Below, in pieces: positions 24,784-37,699 of a stretch of DNA of 64,000 bases (positions are counted from its first letter, which is position 1; each line of letters starts with the position of its first letter). This stretch comes from the human T2T-CHM13v2.0 reference genome, Homo sapiens. The stretch is from the NCBI RefSeq assembly GCF_009914755.1, contig NC_060928.1; one strand, written 5' to 3'. A program made the position numbers and the translations under genes. The notes beneath the pieces are model-generated. The model was not told where the DNA came from. It saw only the letters and a list, made by a program, of their open reading frames with translations, and did not search any database.

Positions 24784-25530
24784 CACTTTTCTTTCCTTCT
24801 TTACCAGGAAATTGGCTAACATCACTTTCCTAAGATAAAATAAAGATGCATATTGGTTTATTTCAAAATTTATATTTCCTTAAATAATATAATATTTTTA
24901 TTCTGAATATTAATAGATTGGATCTTTTTGATAAATAATTTTTCATATTGAGGTGATGACAAAAGCACTGTATAATAGAAAATAATTTGTTCAAGCATTG
25001 GGAGTATCTTAATATAGAACTTTTTCTTGTGATTTCCATAAAAATATGAATAGCTTATTTCTCTTTTAAGAGTTAGTAATTTGATTTGTAGATCTTTTCT
25101 ACTTCTTAATGCAAGGCTTGTTGCTTTTTTGCGTTCCACCAAAACCAAAAATATGTGACTTTTCAGTGGCCATGATGCCTGTGGAATAATATTATCCTCT
25201 AACTTAAAAATACCCAGTAGAAAGATCTTTATTTACTGATTTTTATTAGTTCATTCCATTCCATGAATGAGAATATAAGCTTTTGTATCACTGCTCCAAA
25301 TAGGCATTTTTACATGAAAAAAATGCATAGTTTTAGTTAGAAGTCTAATTTTAGGGAGCTCTCATCTATAAAACTGTTGTTTTCTTTTTTTAAAAAAAAA
25401 TAAGTTACTGCGAATCACAGAAAAATAGCTACATAGACAGCAAACTGTTAGTAGATGCCAATAAAAGTATTTACTTATTGCCATTCTATAAAATAAGACA
25501 TTTTTGCATAAAAATAGTAAATTTCATTGC

Positions 25531-25717
25531 AACAAATTAGGAATGCAAATTTATTTTTATGAACCATTTATATCAGTATTAAATATTAGTCTCATGTATT
25601 TTAATAAATTGGTAAGAAGTCTAGAAAAAATTAGGAATGCAAATTTATTTTTACAAACCATCTAAAGCAATATTAAATAATAGTATCATTTATTTTAATA
25701 AATTGCTAGAAGTCTAG
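25531..25717. repeat. Diverged tandem duplication, about 94-bp unit x2
   Basis: AAATTAGGAATGCAAATTTATTTTTA at 25534 and 25628; both units end TATTTTAATAAATTG.TA(A)GAAGTCTAG. Confidence 0.9.
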
Positions 25718-26028
25718 CAAAAACCTAGAATAAAAACAAAAATTCATATAATACATTGTTTAGCAGATATTCATCAAAAGAATATTATAAGATTATCCAA
25801 ATAAAGATTTTGATGCAAATTTGTGTTTTCTATTTATGAAAAAAATATTTGATATCAAGAGAGTCAGCCTATGATTATAATTTATTAACAATTTAAAAAT
25901 AAAAAAGAGCAAGGCCTGCTATTAACAAAAAAAAAAAAAAGAAAAGTTAATTAAACTTGTCATTTGGTTACACAAATTATGAAGATAAATGATCATTCCT
26001 CTTTGGCTATGAAGGAGTAAGCTTCTGA

Positions 26029-26538
26029 TGTAAGAAAATTCTCTCCTGGTTTCTCATGAATATTTCACTAGCAGAGGCTCTGACAGCTTTTATATTGGAT
26101 TATCTTTTCACAGATGTTTATACAGCAAAAGGCCTTGGAAAATAGAGATAGTGTCTCCCACTGGGATGGAGAGCAGATTTGTTTGTTGTCCACTATAATA
26201 ATAAAGATAATGTCTCTCTCCCAAGCAAAGGTTGTGTGCAGGTGTGCTTTCAGTCTTACAAATAATTAGAATGTCTTAAACCAGAGAATCTTTTCTTATA
26301 ACACCACCCACCCTGTGTGCAGGCACCACTGGCTTTAGTCACACTGACCTGTGGCAACTGGGGCTCATGGAACTGGGGCAGGAAAATGAGGATACTTAGG
26401 CTATGGCTATTGCTGTGAGTAATAAACTTTCTTTTCTCTGACCAAGAAGGACTGTGTCTTCTGCACATCCATGAAACTATGGCAACCTAACATAGCTTGC
26501 AAGCAGGATAAAATCTCAAATCTTTCACAATTTTTGAC
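26029..26538 (+). mobile_element. ERV1 solo LTR, LTR37-like
   Basis: TGTAAGAAAATTCTCTCCTGG...GGCCTTGGAAAATAGAGATAGTGTCTCCC...GCTATTGCTGTGAGTAATAAA...CATCCATGAAACT...GCTTGCAAG...AAAATCTCA; family name from recall. Confidence 0.65.
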
Positions 26539-27376
26539 TCTACTACATATTGCTTAAGGACCTAGATACTGTCAGCTACATAGCAATGAAGCACTTTTAT
26601 GCGCCTGAAATAACTGATAACAAATAATTGTGGTAAACAGGTATGTGGGAAGGAATTCCTGACTGCATAAAGAGTTATGAGAAATCATCTTCCCATTGGT
26701 TTGGGATAGGCCAAAATTCATGGAATCCTTAGAATGTTTCTAGCAGCAACTCAAAGAAAAGCCACCTCGTAGTGGCTGAGAACACAGTCCTGATATGAAA
26801 ACTTCCTATGCTGTAATCTAGTGTGAAAAGGTAAGCTGGGCCAATCACGGTCTTTCTCTCAAGATTTTGAATGCGAACCAGAATCAGGTAGCAGCAGCTG
26901 AAAGGATTAAGAGAGAGATGCCATGAAAATCTCGTCAGAACCATGAAGATCTTAGGCAAGTCAAACTTTTGAGGAAGAAGAATGTGAGTAAATAGGCAGA
27001 AAATAAAGCTTCTCTATAATTTTATAAAGTCTAAAAGTTGGCAAGAGGAGAAAAGTGCAAATGGACAGAAAGCAAGAGAGAGGTGATGAAGCCATGTGCT
27101 TGAGAGAAACAGGTAGAGAGACAGGAGATGGCCATCTTGGAGCTGCTTGAACTGACTGATTTTCAACTTCAATTTATGCTCTTGTCTGTGTGTATTACCA
27201 CAGTGAAACCCGTTTCTCGTTGTATGGTCCCAGTGAGTTTCAGTAACAACAAAGCTCTAAAGAGATCATATCTTTTGCCAGTCATGCTAAGGTACTACTC
27301 TTTGTTCCCAGCTTAATTCTAAATCCTAAACAGAAAAAAAAAATGGCCATGGCCATGAAGTATCATACATATATAC

Positions 27377-27808
27377 CGTTAAAAGAAAAACTGCAGCCCA
27401 GTTAAATGTAAAGGAGTGTAATTGAGCAATGAATGATTCATGAATCAGGCAGCCACCAGAATCACAGCAGATTCACAGAGACTCCAGGGATGCTTTGTGA
27501 TCAGAACAAATTTATAGACAAAAAAAGGAAAGTGACATACAGAAATTGGCAGTGAGGTACAGAAATAGCTGGATTGGTTTCAGGTTGGCGTTTGCCTTAT
27601 TTGAACACCGTTTGAACACTTAGCAGTCTATGAGTGGTTGATGTATGGCCGCTGGGATTGGCCAAGACTCAGCTTTTGTTACAGGCTCATACTTCCAAGT
27701 TAGGTTTTCAATCTTGTCTACCTATTAAGCTAGGTTACATTTTGTCCACAAGGACTCAAATATAGAAGTACGGAGTCCTTCTCAGGCCATATTTAGTTTG
27801 CTTTAACA
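27377..27808 (-). mobile_element. ERV1 solo LTR, MER57A1-like
   Basis: Reverse complement starts TGTTAAAGCAAACTAAATATGGCCTGAGAAGGACTCCGTACTTCTATATTTGAGTCC; 4-bp TSD ATAC (27373-27376 / 27809-27812). Confidence 0.88.
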
Positions 27809-28060
27809 ATACTAATATACGTGACTTACAACTGGTAATTCTCAAATATAAATTATTATGTATTTTTGCTTTTTTTCCAGATGATCATCTTAGACATTTA
27901 AAATAAGTGATTAAAAAGAACCTTCTATATACCTAAAATTTCGCAAAACTTTTCCTCCAAATACACAAAAGTTTCCAGAAGTCATCTTTTTGTTCTCATG
28001 ATACCAAAACAAAAATGACATTTAAAATCTATAATTAAAAGGTATTTTAAGGGCTTGGTT

Positions 28061-29400
28061 GATTCATTCATTCATTTCTACATACATTCATTCACTAACT
28101 CATTTAACAAACACTTCTTAGGGTGCCTTTTGTACACTAGGGCATAGCAGAAAGAAAAGAGAAATATATAAATAAGAATAAGATATAGGCTTTGCTTTCT
28201 GAAAGTTCACAGTCTTTCTTTAGGGTCAACGAGAACAAAATATCACAGCACAGTAAATTTGTGGAAGCAGAGAGGAGTCTGACCTACAGCAGGGTTATTA
28301 TGGTGAATAATTTCAGGGGGCACCATTCACTCAGAACCCAAGACATTCTATATATTCCTTTTATGCAATATCTTCTATGAGAACAGTACTACTAGGAATT
28401 GAGCAATGTTGTGATCCTGATTTAAAGCCAGGAAAATCATCACACAGAAGGAAATACTAGAGCTGGATGTTGGAATTGGTATCGTATAGGGAAGGAAAGC
28501 AATCAAGGCATAAGAAACAAACCACGTTCTGGATACGGCTCGGCACTCATTCTTACTTCCATGTGCATTCGGGACCTATGGGGGGCAGAGAGGTCAAAAG
28601 CCGTGTTTCCTACACTTTCTGGTAGCCAAAGTCTGGATGCAAAGTAGGCTATGCTAATTAGATGCATTCCTGTGAGATTTGGAATGTGGCTGTGTGGTAG
28701 GAACCTTGTATTCGGTGCTTTTTAACTAGCAAATAATGCGACAGAGATTTTTGAGTTTAAAGAGAGGTAGGGTTTAAAGTAGTAGCTAGACTTAATGTTC
28801 CAGCGTCTATTGTAGCTAAAGGCAGTCATAGTAATTGCAGGAGACAGAATCAGCATACCTGGCTCTAGCTGTCAGCATCAAGTGTGTCTCTGAGCTCATT
28901 GGTCCAGTAGCAGTCCCATGACTCCCTCTGCACCCGCCCTTCTAATCAACTTATAAGAATTTCATTTCCTATGATAGATCCCTTTCTGCTTGCAGTGCCT
29001 GTTTCCTACGCTAAACTCTGGCTGATACAGCATGCTCAAAGGCAAGGAGATATAAAAAACATCTTGTGGTCAGGGAATGACTCACTGCTAAGTATGTTAG
29101 AGCCAAAGATGGACAGTGGTAGAGAAAACGGATGGAAGAATAAGGTTTGCAAAGATTGTAAAGAGTTTTTCAGTTCTGTTTCTTGCAAACACTTGGCTTC
29201 TGGCAGATTGTCATTAGATGTTTGTTATATGGAATTGTATTTAAAATCTTTAGAGTATGGCCTTTTTCCTATAGGTAATCGAGTCGGTGGGGTGAAGAAG
29301 TATTGAACATTTTACTTAAAGAAGTAGCATGATGAGATTTGTGCTTCTTCTTTATAATTCTCTATGGGTTACCCACAGAAAATGGGAAGGAGGTAGAAGT
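28061..29400 (-). mobile_element. L2 remnant interrupted by an LTR33-like element
   Basis: (ATTC)n 3' tail and CATTTAACAAACACTT at ~28061-28120; the L2 body resumes after 29030 (GCATGCTCAAAGGCAAGGAG...). Confidence 0.65.
28521..29029 (+). mobile_element. LTR33-like ERVL LTR
   Basis: TCTGGATGCAAAGTAGG...CTAATTAGATGCATTCCTGTGAGATTTGGAA...ATCCCTTTCTGCTT...ACTCTGGCTGATACA. Confidence 0.6.
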
Positions 29401-30028
29401 GGCTAAAGACAGAATCTATCACAGATTTTTCTGTAGCTTATGATGCTACTGAAAAAGCAGTTTACAAATTTGGTCACATTTTATGCTAAGTTTATTATGT
29501 GATTTTACAAAAAGTAACTAAAAACATTAATATCACACTGGGTAATATTGAGAATCTGATAAAATTTTAAAATATTAATCAAGTTTACATAAGTTTAAAA
29601 CTATGAGGCAGAGGAAATTGTAAACTGTGTTGGCTTTATCGTCACACAGTGGCACCAATTTAGCAGGCAAACAGACATGTCTTCCACCTATGTTTAGTCA
29701 GTATTGTGTGAATTTATTTATGGGTTTCTGTCTTTGAGTGATTTTGAGATATTGGGCTGTATTTTACCACACAATGTTATTACAATTCAGGATTTTCAAA
29801 TATCCTTTAGCACTGTCACCTGGAGGTCATTTGTAGTGGTGGCATTACTGCAGTAACTGAAAAATCTACCTTAAACTTTCAAATGGAGGTTAGAGGTGAG
29901 GAAATGCCAGAATGAATTTATTTAGAAAAGCAAACTTTAAGATATTAGACAAAGATTGAGAAAATAAAAAGCAACTTTTAAGCAAAAATGTGTTAAAATT
30001 GGTGGAAAGCTATAACATCCTCCAATGT

Positions 30029-30260
30029 TATATTGTAAATATAACTTATTTACAATATATTATATTATATTATTATATTATATTGTAAATATTATATTAT
30101 ATTGTAAATATTTTCTTATTATATTTTAAATATATATTATAATATATAATTATATATTATATTGTATACATTATATTATAAATTATATACAATTTTATAT
30201 TGTACATATTTTTATATTTATATAAAATATATATTATTATATTGTAAATATTTTCTTATA
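30029..30260. repeat. AT-rich low-complexity (TATAT)n-like tract
   Basis: Nearly pure A/T, with repeated TATATTGTAAATAT units. Confidence 0.9.
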
Positions 30261-30344
30261 TGTCTGTGTGACAGGAAAACACTGTGTTCTTTATTAACCC
30301 ATTTAATATAGCAATATAAAAAGATTCTTCTGGCAATATAGAAA

Positions 30345-30705
30345 GATTCTATTTCCCACCCTCCTTTCTAGTTAGGTTGGGGCCATGTGATGTACACAGC
30401 TACTAGGCTTGTACCTTCAAGTAAAACACCATATACAGTGTTGTACATTTTACCTTCATTTTCTGCCTTCTCCCCCAACTTTTTTTTTTTTTCCCAAAAG
30501 ACCACATGTTGAAGCTAGAGATACTAGCTAGAAAGACCCTGAATTTCTGAGTCACCGCATGGAGGCAAGCTTCTCTTCAACAAATTTCACCCCCTACCAC
30601 ATATACATCAATCCACATTAGAATGTGATATAAATTGGAAATTGACTTCAATATTGTTCAGTTGCTGAGATTTTGACTGTTACAGAATTAAGCCTACTTT
30701 GGATT
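30345..30705 (+). mobile_element. MLT1I/J-like LTR fragment
   Basis: ATTTCCCACCCTCCTTTCTAGTTAGGTTGGGGCCATGTGA...CTGAATTTCTGAGTCACCGCATGGAGG...GCTGAGATTTTG. Confidence 0.55.
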
Positions 30706-31279
30706 TAAAGTACCACTCTGTCTCATTAACATCTGTGTGCTCCCTGAGGTCAGAGGTACTGCTATTTAACTCTATCACATTTTCTTCATTAAATCTGGGA
30801 CAATGCTTAGCATATAGTAAGTACTTCATGTATGAAGAACAAATGAATGAATGAGTATTCTAGGCAAGAGATAATTAGCACCTATAACTAATGCAATGGC
30901 AGAAGGCAGTTTAAGGGTAAATAAAGATGTCTTCAACTTAAAAAATATTTTAAAAGAGAATATTTACTTTTTATAATATTTAAAATTATAAAATACTTTT
31001 AAAATATATTTAAGATAATATTCTTTAGAAAACAAACCATATATTTTTAAATATAAGACTTTTAAATACATAGTAAATATAGTGTCAGTTTTCACACAAC
31101 TTCTTTTTAACTTTTTTCCTGAATAAATCCAGAATTGTTTTGAAATAAAAAGTAATGTGTCATGAAATTTATTTTCATGCATAACTTTTGCAATTAGTTG
31201 AATTAATTTTAAATCATGATGCCATTTGTTGTAACCTAATCACTTCACAGCTGTATGGTCTTAAATTCTTTTTCTTACA

Positions 31280-32205
31280 TCAATAGACTTTAATTTTTTG
31301 AGTTTTAAGTTTGCAGAAAGTAAACTTAAAGCTTTCTGTAAAATTTCTTATGAGATGAGAATCTAACTAATGCCTGATGATCTGAGGTGGAACAGTTTTA
31401 TCCCAAACCATCTCCCTCCCAACCCCACCCCAGGTCCATGGAAAGATTGTCTTCCACAAAATCAGTCCCTGGTGCCAGCAAGGTTGGGTACTGCTAGTGT
31501 GGTACATTTGTCATAATTAATGAACCATTTTTGATCCATTGTTACTAATTAAAGGCCACAGTGTACATTAGGGTTCACTCTTCGTGTTGTAGAGCGTGTT
31601 GTGTCATAACTGTATAATGACAAGTTTCCATCATTACAGAATTATGCAGAATAGTTTCATTGCTCTGTTTATCCACTCATTCCTCCTTTTCCCTGAAGCT
31701 CTGGTGACCACTGTCTCCATAGTTTTGCATTTTCTATCATGCCATATGTTGGACTTATGCATTATGCAGCCTTTTCAGATTGGCTTCTTTTATTTAGCAA
31801 TATGCATCTGAGGTTCTTTCAGGCTTTTTCATGGCTTAATAGTTCATTTCTTTTTATTGTTGAATAATAGTCCATTGAATGGGTGTATCACCATTTATTA
31901 ATCCACTCACATGTTGAAGGACATCTTGGTTGCTTCCATGTTTTAGCATTTATGAATAAAGCTGCTATAAATATTCATTGCAGGATTTTGTATAGACATA
32001 GTTATCAATTCATTTGGGTAAATGCCAAAGAGTGCAATTTTTAGATCATACATATAAGTATGTTTACTTTTAGAAGAAACTCGCAAACTGATTTCAAAAG
32101 CGGCTGTACCATTTTGCATTTCCAATAGCAACGAATGGGAGTTCCTATTGCTTCACCTCGGCACTCGGTGTTGTCAGTGCTTTCGATTTTAGCCATTTTA
32201 TTATA
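31280..32205 (-). mobile_element. L1MC1/2-like 3' end
   Basis: CAATAGACTTT...; GTGGTACATTTGTCATAATTAATGAACC...TACATTAGGGTTCACTCTT...TATGAATAAAGCTGCTATAAATATTC...GGCTGTACCATTTTGCATTTCC. Confidence 0.82.
31350..31495 (+). mobile_element. MER1B-like (hAT-Charlie) 3' half
   Basis: TGAGAATCTAACTAATGCCTGATGATCTGAGGTGGAACAGTTT...TCCATGGAAAGATTGTCTTCCACAAAATCAGTCCCTGGTGCCAGCAAGGTTGGG. Confidence 0.85.
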
Positions 32206-33672
32206 GGGGTGTGTGGTGCTCCTTCTTAAGTATTTATCTCATGGTACTATTCTGTCATTTGTTTTTAGGCAAAGGTCTTCCTTCTTACTTATGAAAAGTG
32301 GAAGAAAATAGTAGAGAATTGAGGTTTACATTGGAGAATCCGAGACTAATGTATTTGAGTCTTAGATCACCCTTGAATCTTAGACTTGACTTTGATTTAT
32401 GCACCAAGAGGAGATTTCAGATGAAGATTATATCCCTAAGAATCAGAATTCTGTGCAATTTACTTCATCTTCCCTCTCTAGAATTTTCTGGCTGGCATCC
32501 CAGGGCAGGTCCAACTGCTGTGATGAGTGAATGAAATGACATGGTGCCCCTGAAGAAATGAGAGATGGTCCCAACCCTCGTAATGGTCCCTGTCTTTGTC
32601 TTCATAGTAGTTATACCCCTCCTTATGAATTTAAGCTTGTTATAAAATGAACAAGCAGACAACTGACATGAGTAGCTGGTATAAAATTCCTTTAGAAGCA
32701 TTGAATCTTTTACCCTTCTCCCTACAGTTATGAAATCTGACAGACAGATAACATAATAGTCATAGAATGGCTGAATTATAGGACACACGTATAAGGCTAA
32801 TGGCACTGATACAGTTGCTTATTGCAGACTGCCAAAGATCTGTTAACATTCTGAAATGACTATCAGGTGCTGAGTGATATTTTTAAAGGTGCTGAGACTG
32901 GATAAGCCAAATTCTTCATCAGAGAAGCACATTGTGCCTTTGTTCACACTTTCCTTTCAGCAGTAGGCTTTGGGATGACTTCTCTAAGTCTGACTGGTGT
33001 ATGTAAATATTATCCAAAGGATAAAAGCTAAAAATTTATATAACTCGAAAGAATTCCAAACTTTTCCACTAATGATGCTGGGAAGAAAGAATGCAGGTTT
33101 GATGGTTGAAGAGATTTTACTTTATACCTGGTTCATGTTATAGAAAAATGTATTTCTTAAATGGAAAGCCAAGGTAAACCTAGTTGATAGGCAGATTGAC
33201 AATATTATGGTAGTACTAAAAGGCAACATATTTGCCAAATATACTTCAGTGTAGCACTATACGGACTAGAAAAGGTTGAAGTTTGTCCAAAGATGAGATA
33301 GATTCAGTTTTATATGTTTTGATAGTGCAGGTAAAGAAATTATTATCACTTCCCACTGCTATCCTGAGTCACATATAACTCGTGTTATACAGACCTAAAT
33401 ATCTTACTGCATGCTCACTTACTTCAGGATATGTGCTAGCAGTAAGAAAATTGGGACAGTATTTTAATAAAGAAATTTCTGAAGAGCAAGGAGTAGATAG
33501 GCTTTAGCTTTATTTCAAAATAATAACTAGTTATTTAAACTATTATTACAAATATTACGTAAATACTGGAAGCATAAAGGCATCTAATCATTAGTCACAT
33601 AATATGGATACTTCTATATCTTCACTTCTTTTCATTGATTGACATCATAGTTAAACCAAAATGTTTAGCAAC

Positions 33673-36214
33673 TGTGGTAAACTGTATTACCCGTCAACAA
33701 ATATTCCATCTTCTCTTGCTACTGAGATAAATGTACTTTGCTATCCTATCAGTGTTGAGCTTTATTATATGGCTTGCTTTGGCCAATAGAATGTAGGTAG
33801 AACTAGCACGTTGACAATTCTGGACTTTAAAAGACATTACCAGGTCCTACTATCTTGTGGAGCACATCTGAATCCAATTCAATTCACGGCCTGAGCACTG
33901 CTGCAGCTCACAGCTAGAGCCAATAATGATCAATATGAAGAAGACATAAGTAATTGTAATATAAGCCACCGAGATTTTGAGATTGTTTATTTTTCTTTGT
34001 GTTATGGAGACTAATTTACAACTAGAAATAACAGTACCTAGAAATGAAGTGTTTTTCACAATGACAACAAAGAAATTGAGTGTTCGAGTACTAGATTGGG
34101 GCTGGTTTGTGTGGTAAGGAAACTTACAGGAATCTGGAAAAATGACAACCTATGGTAGGCAATCAGGAAATATTTGGCAAAACTTTTAAGTGCTTTTGAA
34201 TATATGAGAGACTACGCGTGCACTTAATGTGTTTGGTGTTTGGAGTTTGTTGCCATTTGCTCTATTTCTAAAGCTAATACACAAAGGACAAGCTCAGATA
34301 TGAACTATAATGTTTGTGAGAACGGAGGGTTATATAGAGAGTCTAAGCAATTTTGGAGGACTGGAGAATGAAGTAGTCTCTCATTTCCGTTAGTAAAAGA
34401 TAAAATTGAGAAATCCCTTGAGCCATAAATATGGATTACTATTCAAGACACAACCTCAGAGCAAAAACAAATCAAGGTGCGTGCCAATCACACATTTCTT
34501 TAAAACTTCAGATTGTGGCCTCCAATAATTCCTTTCAGTTGGAAAAAAGTGGCTGAGGAAAAGTGACAAAGGACTTGGTCCCTGAGAGCATTGATAAGCA
34601 AGAAGTACTTGTAATTAAGTCTAGTGACAGATACCTGGCTCAAAAAGAATTTTGGTATGACTACAGGCCTAGAATAAAGAACATAAGTCAATAAACTTTC
34701 TGAACAAGTTGGATTGCTTAATACTACTGCTAGCCTGGATTTTTTTTTTTTAAAGAGTATCACTATATTAAACACAAACTGACACTTGTGTGCCAATTCC
34801 ATGGCCAGGAGGCAGGCTGAGAAAGCATCCCAACCACCCTAAATGTCAGAAACCCCAATGGCCTCTTAAGATCTGACCGAAGAACTAAAGAGGAAGGGCT
34901 TCCCAGAAGGTGGTTCCAAGAGCCATGGAGAAAATAGACTGAGGAGCCATTCGCAGGAAGACAAACTGGGGCCTAATCACAAAAACAGGTGCTATCTTCA
35001 GTACAGAGGATGTCTGCAACATTTGCCCAGCAAGGTTTCAGAATTTCATGAGCCAGTGACTGCTCTGCATCTCCCGCTCTTCCTATTTTCAGATGGAGTG
35101 TTTATTGTGATTCACCTGCTTTGTCTTACAATTGTATTTAGGGTATATGTGAGGGTAGATAACTTGTCTTTATATTTCATCGGTCTCAAAATCAAACAGA
35201 CTCACACTAAGACTTGATGCAGAGACTGTCATGAGATCATGTACTTACATCCTGGTGCCATGATTAGATGAGACTTTCAATGTCTTCTGTATTAGCCCAT
35301 TCTTGCACTGCTATAAAGAAATATCTGAGGCTGGGCAATTTATAAAGAAAAGAGGTTTAATTGGCTCATGGTTCTGCAGGCTGTATAGGAAGCATGATGC
35401 TGGCATCTCCTTGGCTTCTGGGGAGGCCTCAGGAAAACTTACAATTATGCCAGAAGGCGAAGGGGAAGGCAGTTCATGGCCAGAGCAGTAGCAAAAGAGG
35501 AGGGGAAGGCGCTACACACTTAAAACAATCAGATCTCAACAGAACTCTATCGTGATAACAGGGCTAGGGGAATGGTGCTAAACCATTTATGAGAACTTGA
35601 CTGAATGATCCAATCACCTCCCAACAGGCCCCACCTCCAACATTGGGGATTACACTTCAATGTGAGATTTGGGCACAGACATAGACCCAAACCATATCAC
35701 CTTCCTTTTGAGCAGAAGTAGTGAGTCAATTATGTACATGAAAGGAAGCAAGAGAACATGACAGATGGAGGTTGATTGCATTATTGTTCAACAAGTATTC
35801 ATTCTCCTCTGTTTTCCCCTGCTTGGGAAAACCCTATTTCCCCATCTCACTGAGGTTGGCCTTCACCACTCACCTGCTTTTGTCAATGGAATATGGATGG
35901 AAGTGACATTGCAACAAGTCTGAGATGGGGCTTCATGGAGCATTGAATTCTCAGCAGCTCCCTGTGTTCTTGCCTCTCATCACATGAGCATCACAAAATC
36001 TATAAAATATAAATTGAATAGAAGGTAGGGGTGCTGCACACTTGGGCCCTGGAATGATAAGAGCTGTATGGAGCACGTCTGAAGCTCACCCATAGCCTTG
36101 GAGCAGATCCACTAGCATACAATATAAGAGAAAAGTAAATATGGTTGTTAGAAGCTCCTGGGATTTTGAGAATGTTTATTCCTCAGGTAACCGTAGTGAA
36201 ATCTGACTAATAGA
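33673..36214 (+). mobile_element. MLT1H-like MaLR provirus: 5' LTR (~33673-34022), internal region, 3' LTR (~35766-36214)
   Basis: Both ends show MLT1 LTR motifs (TATTCCATCTTCTC / TATTCATTCTCC; TGCTTTGGCCAATAGAATG / TGCTTTTGTCAATGGAATA; AAGCCACCGAGATTTTGAG / AAGCTCCTGGGATTTTGAG). The middle has MLT1-int motifs (GTACCTAGAAATG after the LTR, TGGAAAAATGACAACC, CAACATTTGCCCAGC). Confidence 0.65.
35288..35699 (-). mobile_element. MSTA solo LTR nested in MLT1-int
   Basis: TGTATTAGCCCATTCTTGCACTGCTATAAAGAAATA...CCCAAACCATATCA; near-perfect 5-bp TSD TCTTC / CCTTC. Confidence 0.9.
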
Positions 36215-37699
36215 GTAATTTTCAAGATAATAGTTTTCTAGAAATAGAGCCAGAACAGAAGATTATTGACTAATGTCCGTGCCAGATTTTAATCAAATAT
36301 CATGTTCAATAGTCCTGAAAAATAAATAAATACAATATATTTGTAAGATGAAGTATCAGAATCTATTAACGAAACAGGCTAAGAGATAATCTTAACAAAT
36401 AAAACCGTTCTAGCTTTTCTTTACACATATTGAAGGGAAGATTGTATTATTGCTAAGCGATCTTCACTCTTCCTTCCAATGGTTTGCTAAGGGTAAAGAA
36501 AGGTGTTTGAAAAAAAGAGGTGTTTGATATTGATAATAGCCTTTCATATTTTATAGTGGAGGATTTTTATAATCAGTGGGATCATTTTTATGGAAAAAGG
36601 AATTGAACCAATATTTTTCCCTTATTTTATGTACTTGCCTTTTATTCCTGAGTGATACTACACTGAAAAGGGAAAACAAATTAAAAAAAAAACAAATTTA
36701 AATGCTTCTTTATTACTAAAATCTATAAAATATAAATTGAATAGAAGCAATCTGTAGTTTCTTTTTAAACACTGTGTTTCATTTACATCCTAAGAATTTG
36801 ACTCTAAGGTGGATTATCTGAAGCAGTGGTGACTGAGTAGATAAATATATTCACAGTTAGTCAAATTCATTATTTAACTATTTTCTTTCTTTATGATAGA
36901 AACAATAAAACATATTTTGTTAAATTGAGGAAGAGGGAAAGAAACATTGTATATTGAGGTGTAGAGGATGCTTTGATACTTATGAGAACCTCACCTGGTC
37001 TGAGACATTAGTCATGTATGTTGTTGCTGATTTTATAAAACAAGTCCAAGTGGTGGAGGTGAAGAACTGGATGTCTCAAAGATTAGCATACATGTTTCAT
37101 TTGAAACTTGGCTGATATTAAAAATAGCACAGTGCCTAGACCAAAGCTTTTTAGATTCATGATCTGCCCAACTTTATAACTGTAGTTTTTATACCATATC
37201 CTTGAGTACTTTTGCGTAGTTTCTCTTATTTGTCCATGGAAGCAATGTTGAAGTTCTCCCTAAGAATTTGGCAACAAAGTAAATGAAGTTGCCATCTGAG
37301 TGTTAAACAGAAGAGAAAGTCTGAGAAGAAGTGTAGTCAATAGTAGAAGTTAAGGACTTCACCCCAGGCCAAAGTATCAGTTAGAATATATTAACATAAA
37401 TGAAGAAAGAATGGGTCAAATCAAAGGCAGATTGGTCATTCAAGGTAGTATGGACCAATTCTCAGAAACAAATGTTGACTGTGCCTGTCTACACATTGTC
37501 TAAGGCCCCCAGGTTCACACTGGAGTGTGGTGTTTTTCAGGAGATTTATAATGAGCCTTCATATGCTCCAAGAGATTCATTCTCTTTGATTAGAAAAGCT
37601 GTGAGGGAAATATAACTCTAAAAAGAGGTACTTGTTTATTAATTTATAATGAATGGAACAGCTGCTAAGTAGCCTGAGCAACTGAGTGCTCAAAATTAC

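Noticed and set aside
25531-25717. Repeat-spacer (CRISPR-like) interpretation of the direct repeats here and at 6729-6782, 39321-39371 and 47367-47408
   Set aside because: Each has only two copies, no series of unique spacers and no cas genes, and the context is eukaryotic; these are simple local duplications.
27860-27910. Plus-strand acceptor-like TTTTTGCTTTTTTTCCAG
   Set aside because: There is no convincing paired donor or open frame; it is an isolated motif.
30029-30059. 13-bp inverted repeat TATATTGTAAATA / TATTTACAATATA
   Set aside because: It lies in a low-complexity AT tract where such self-complementarity is common.
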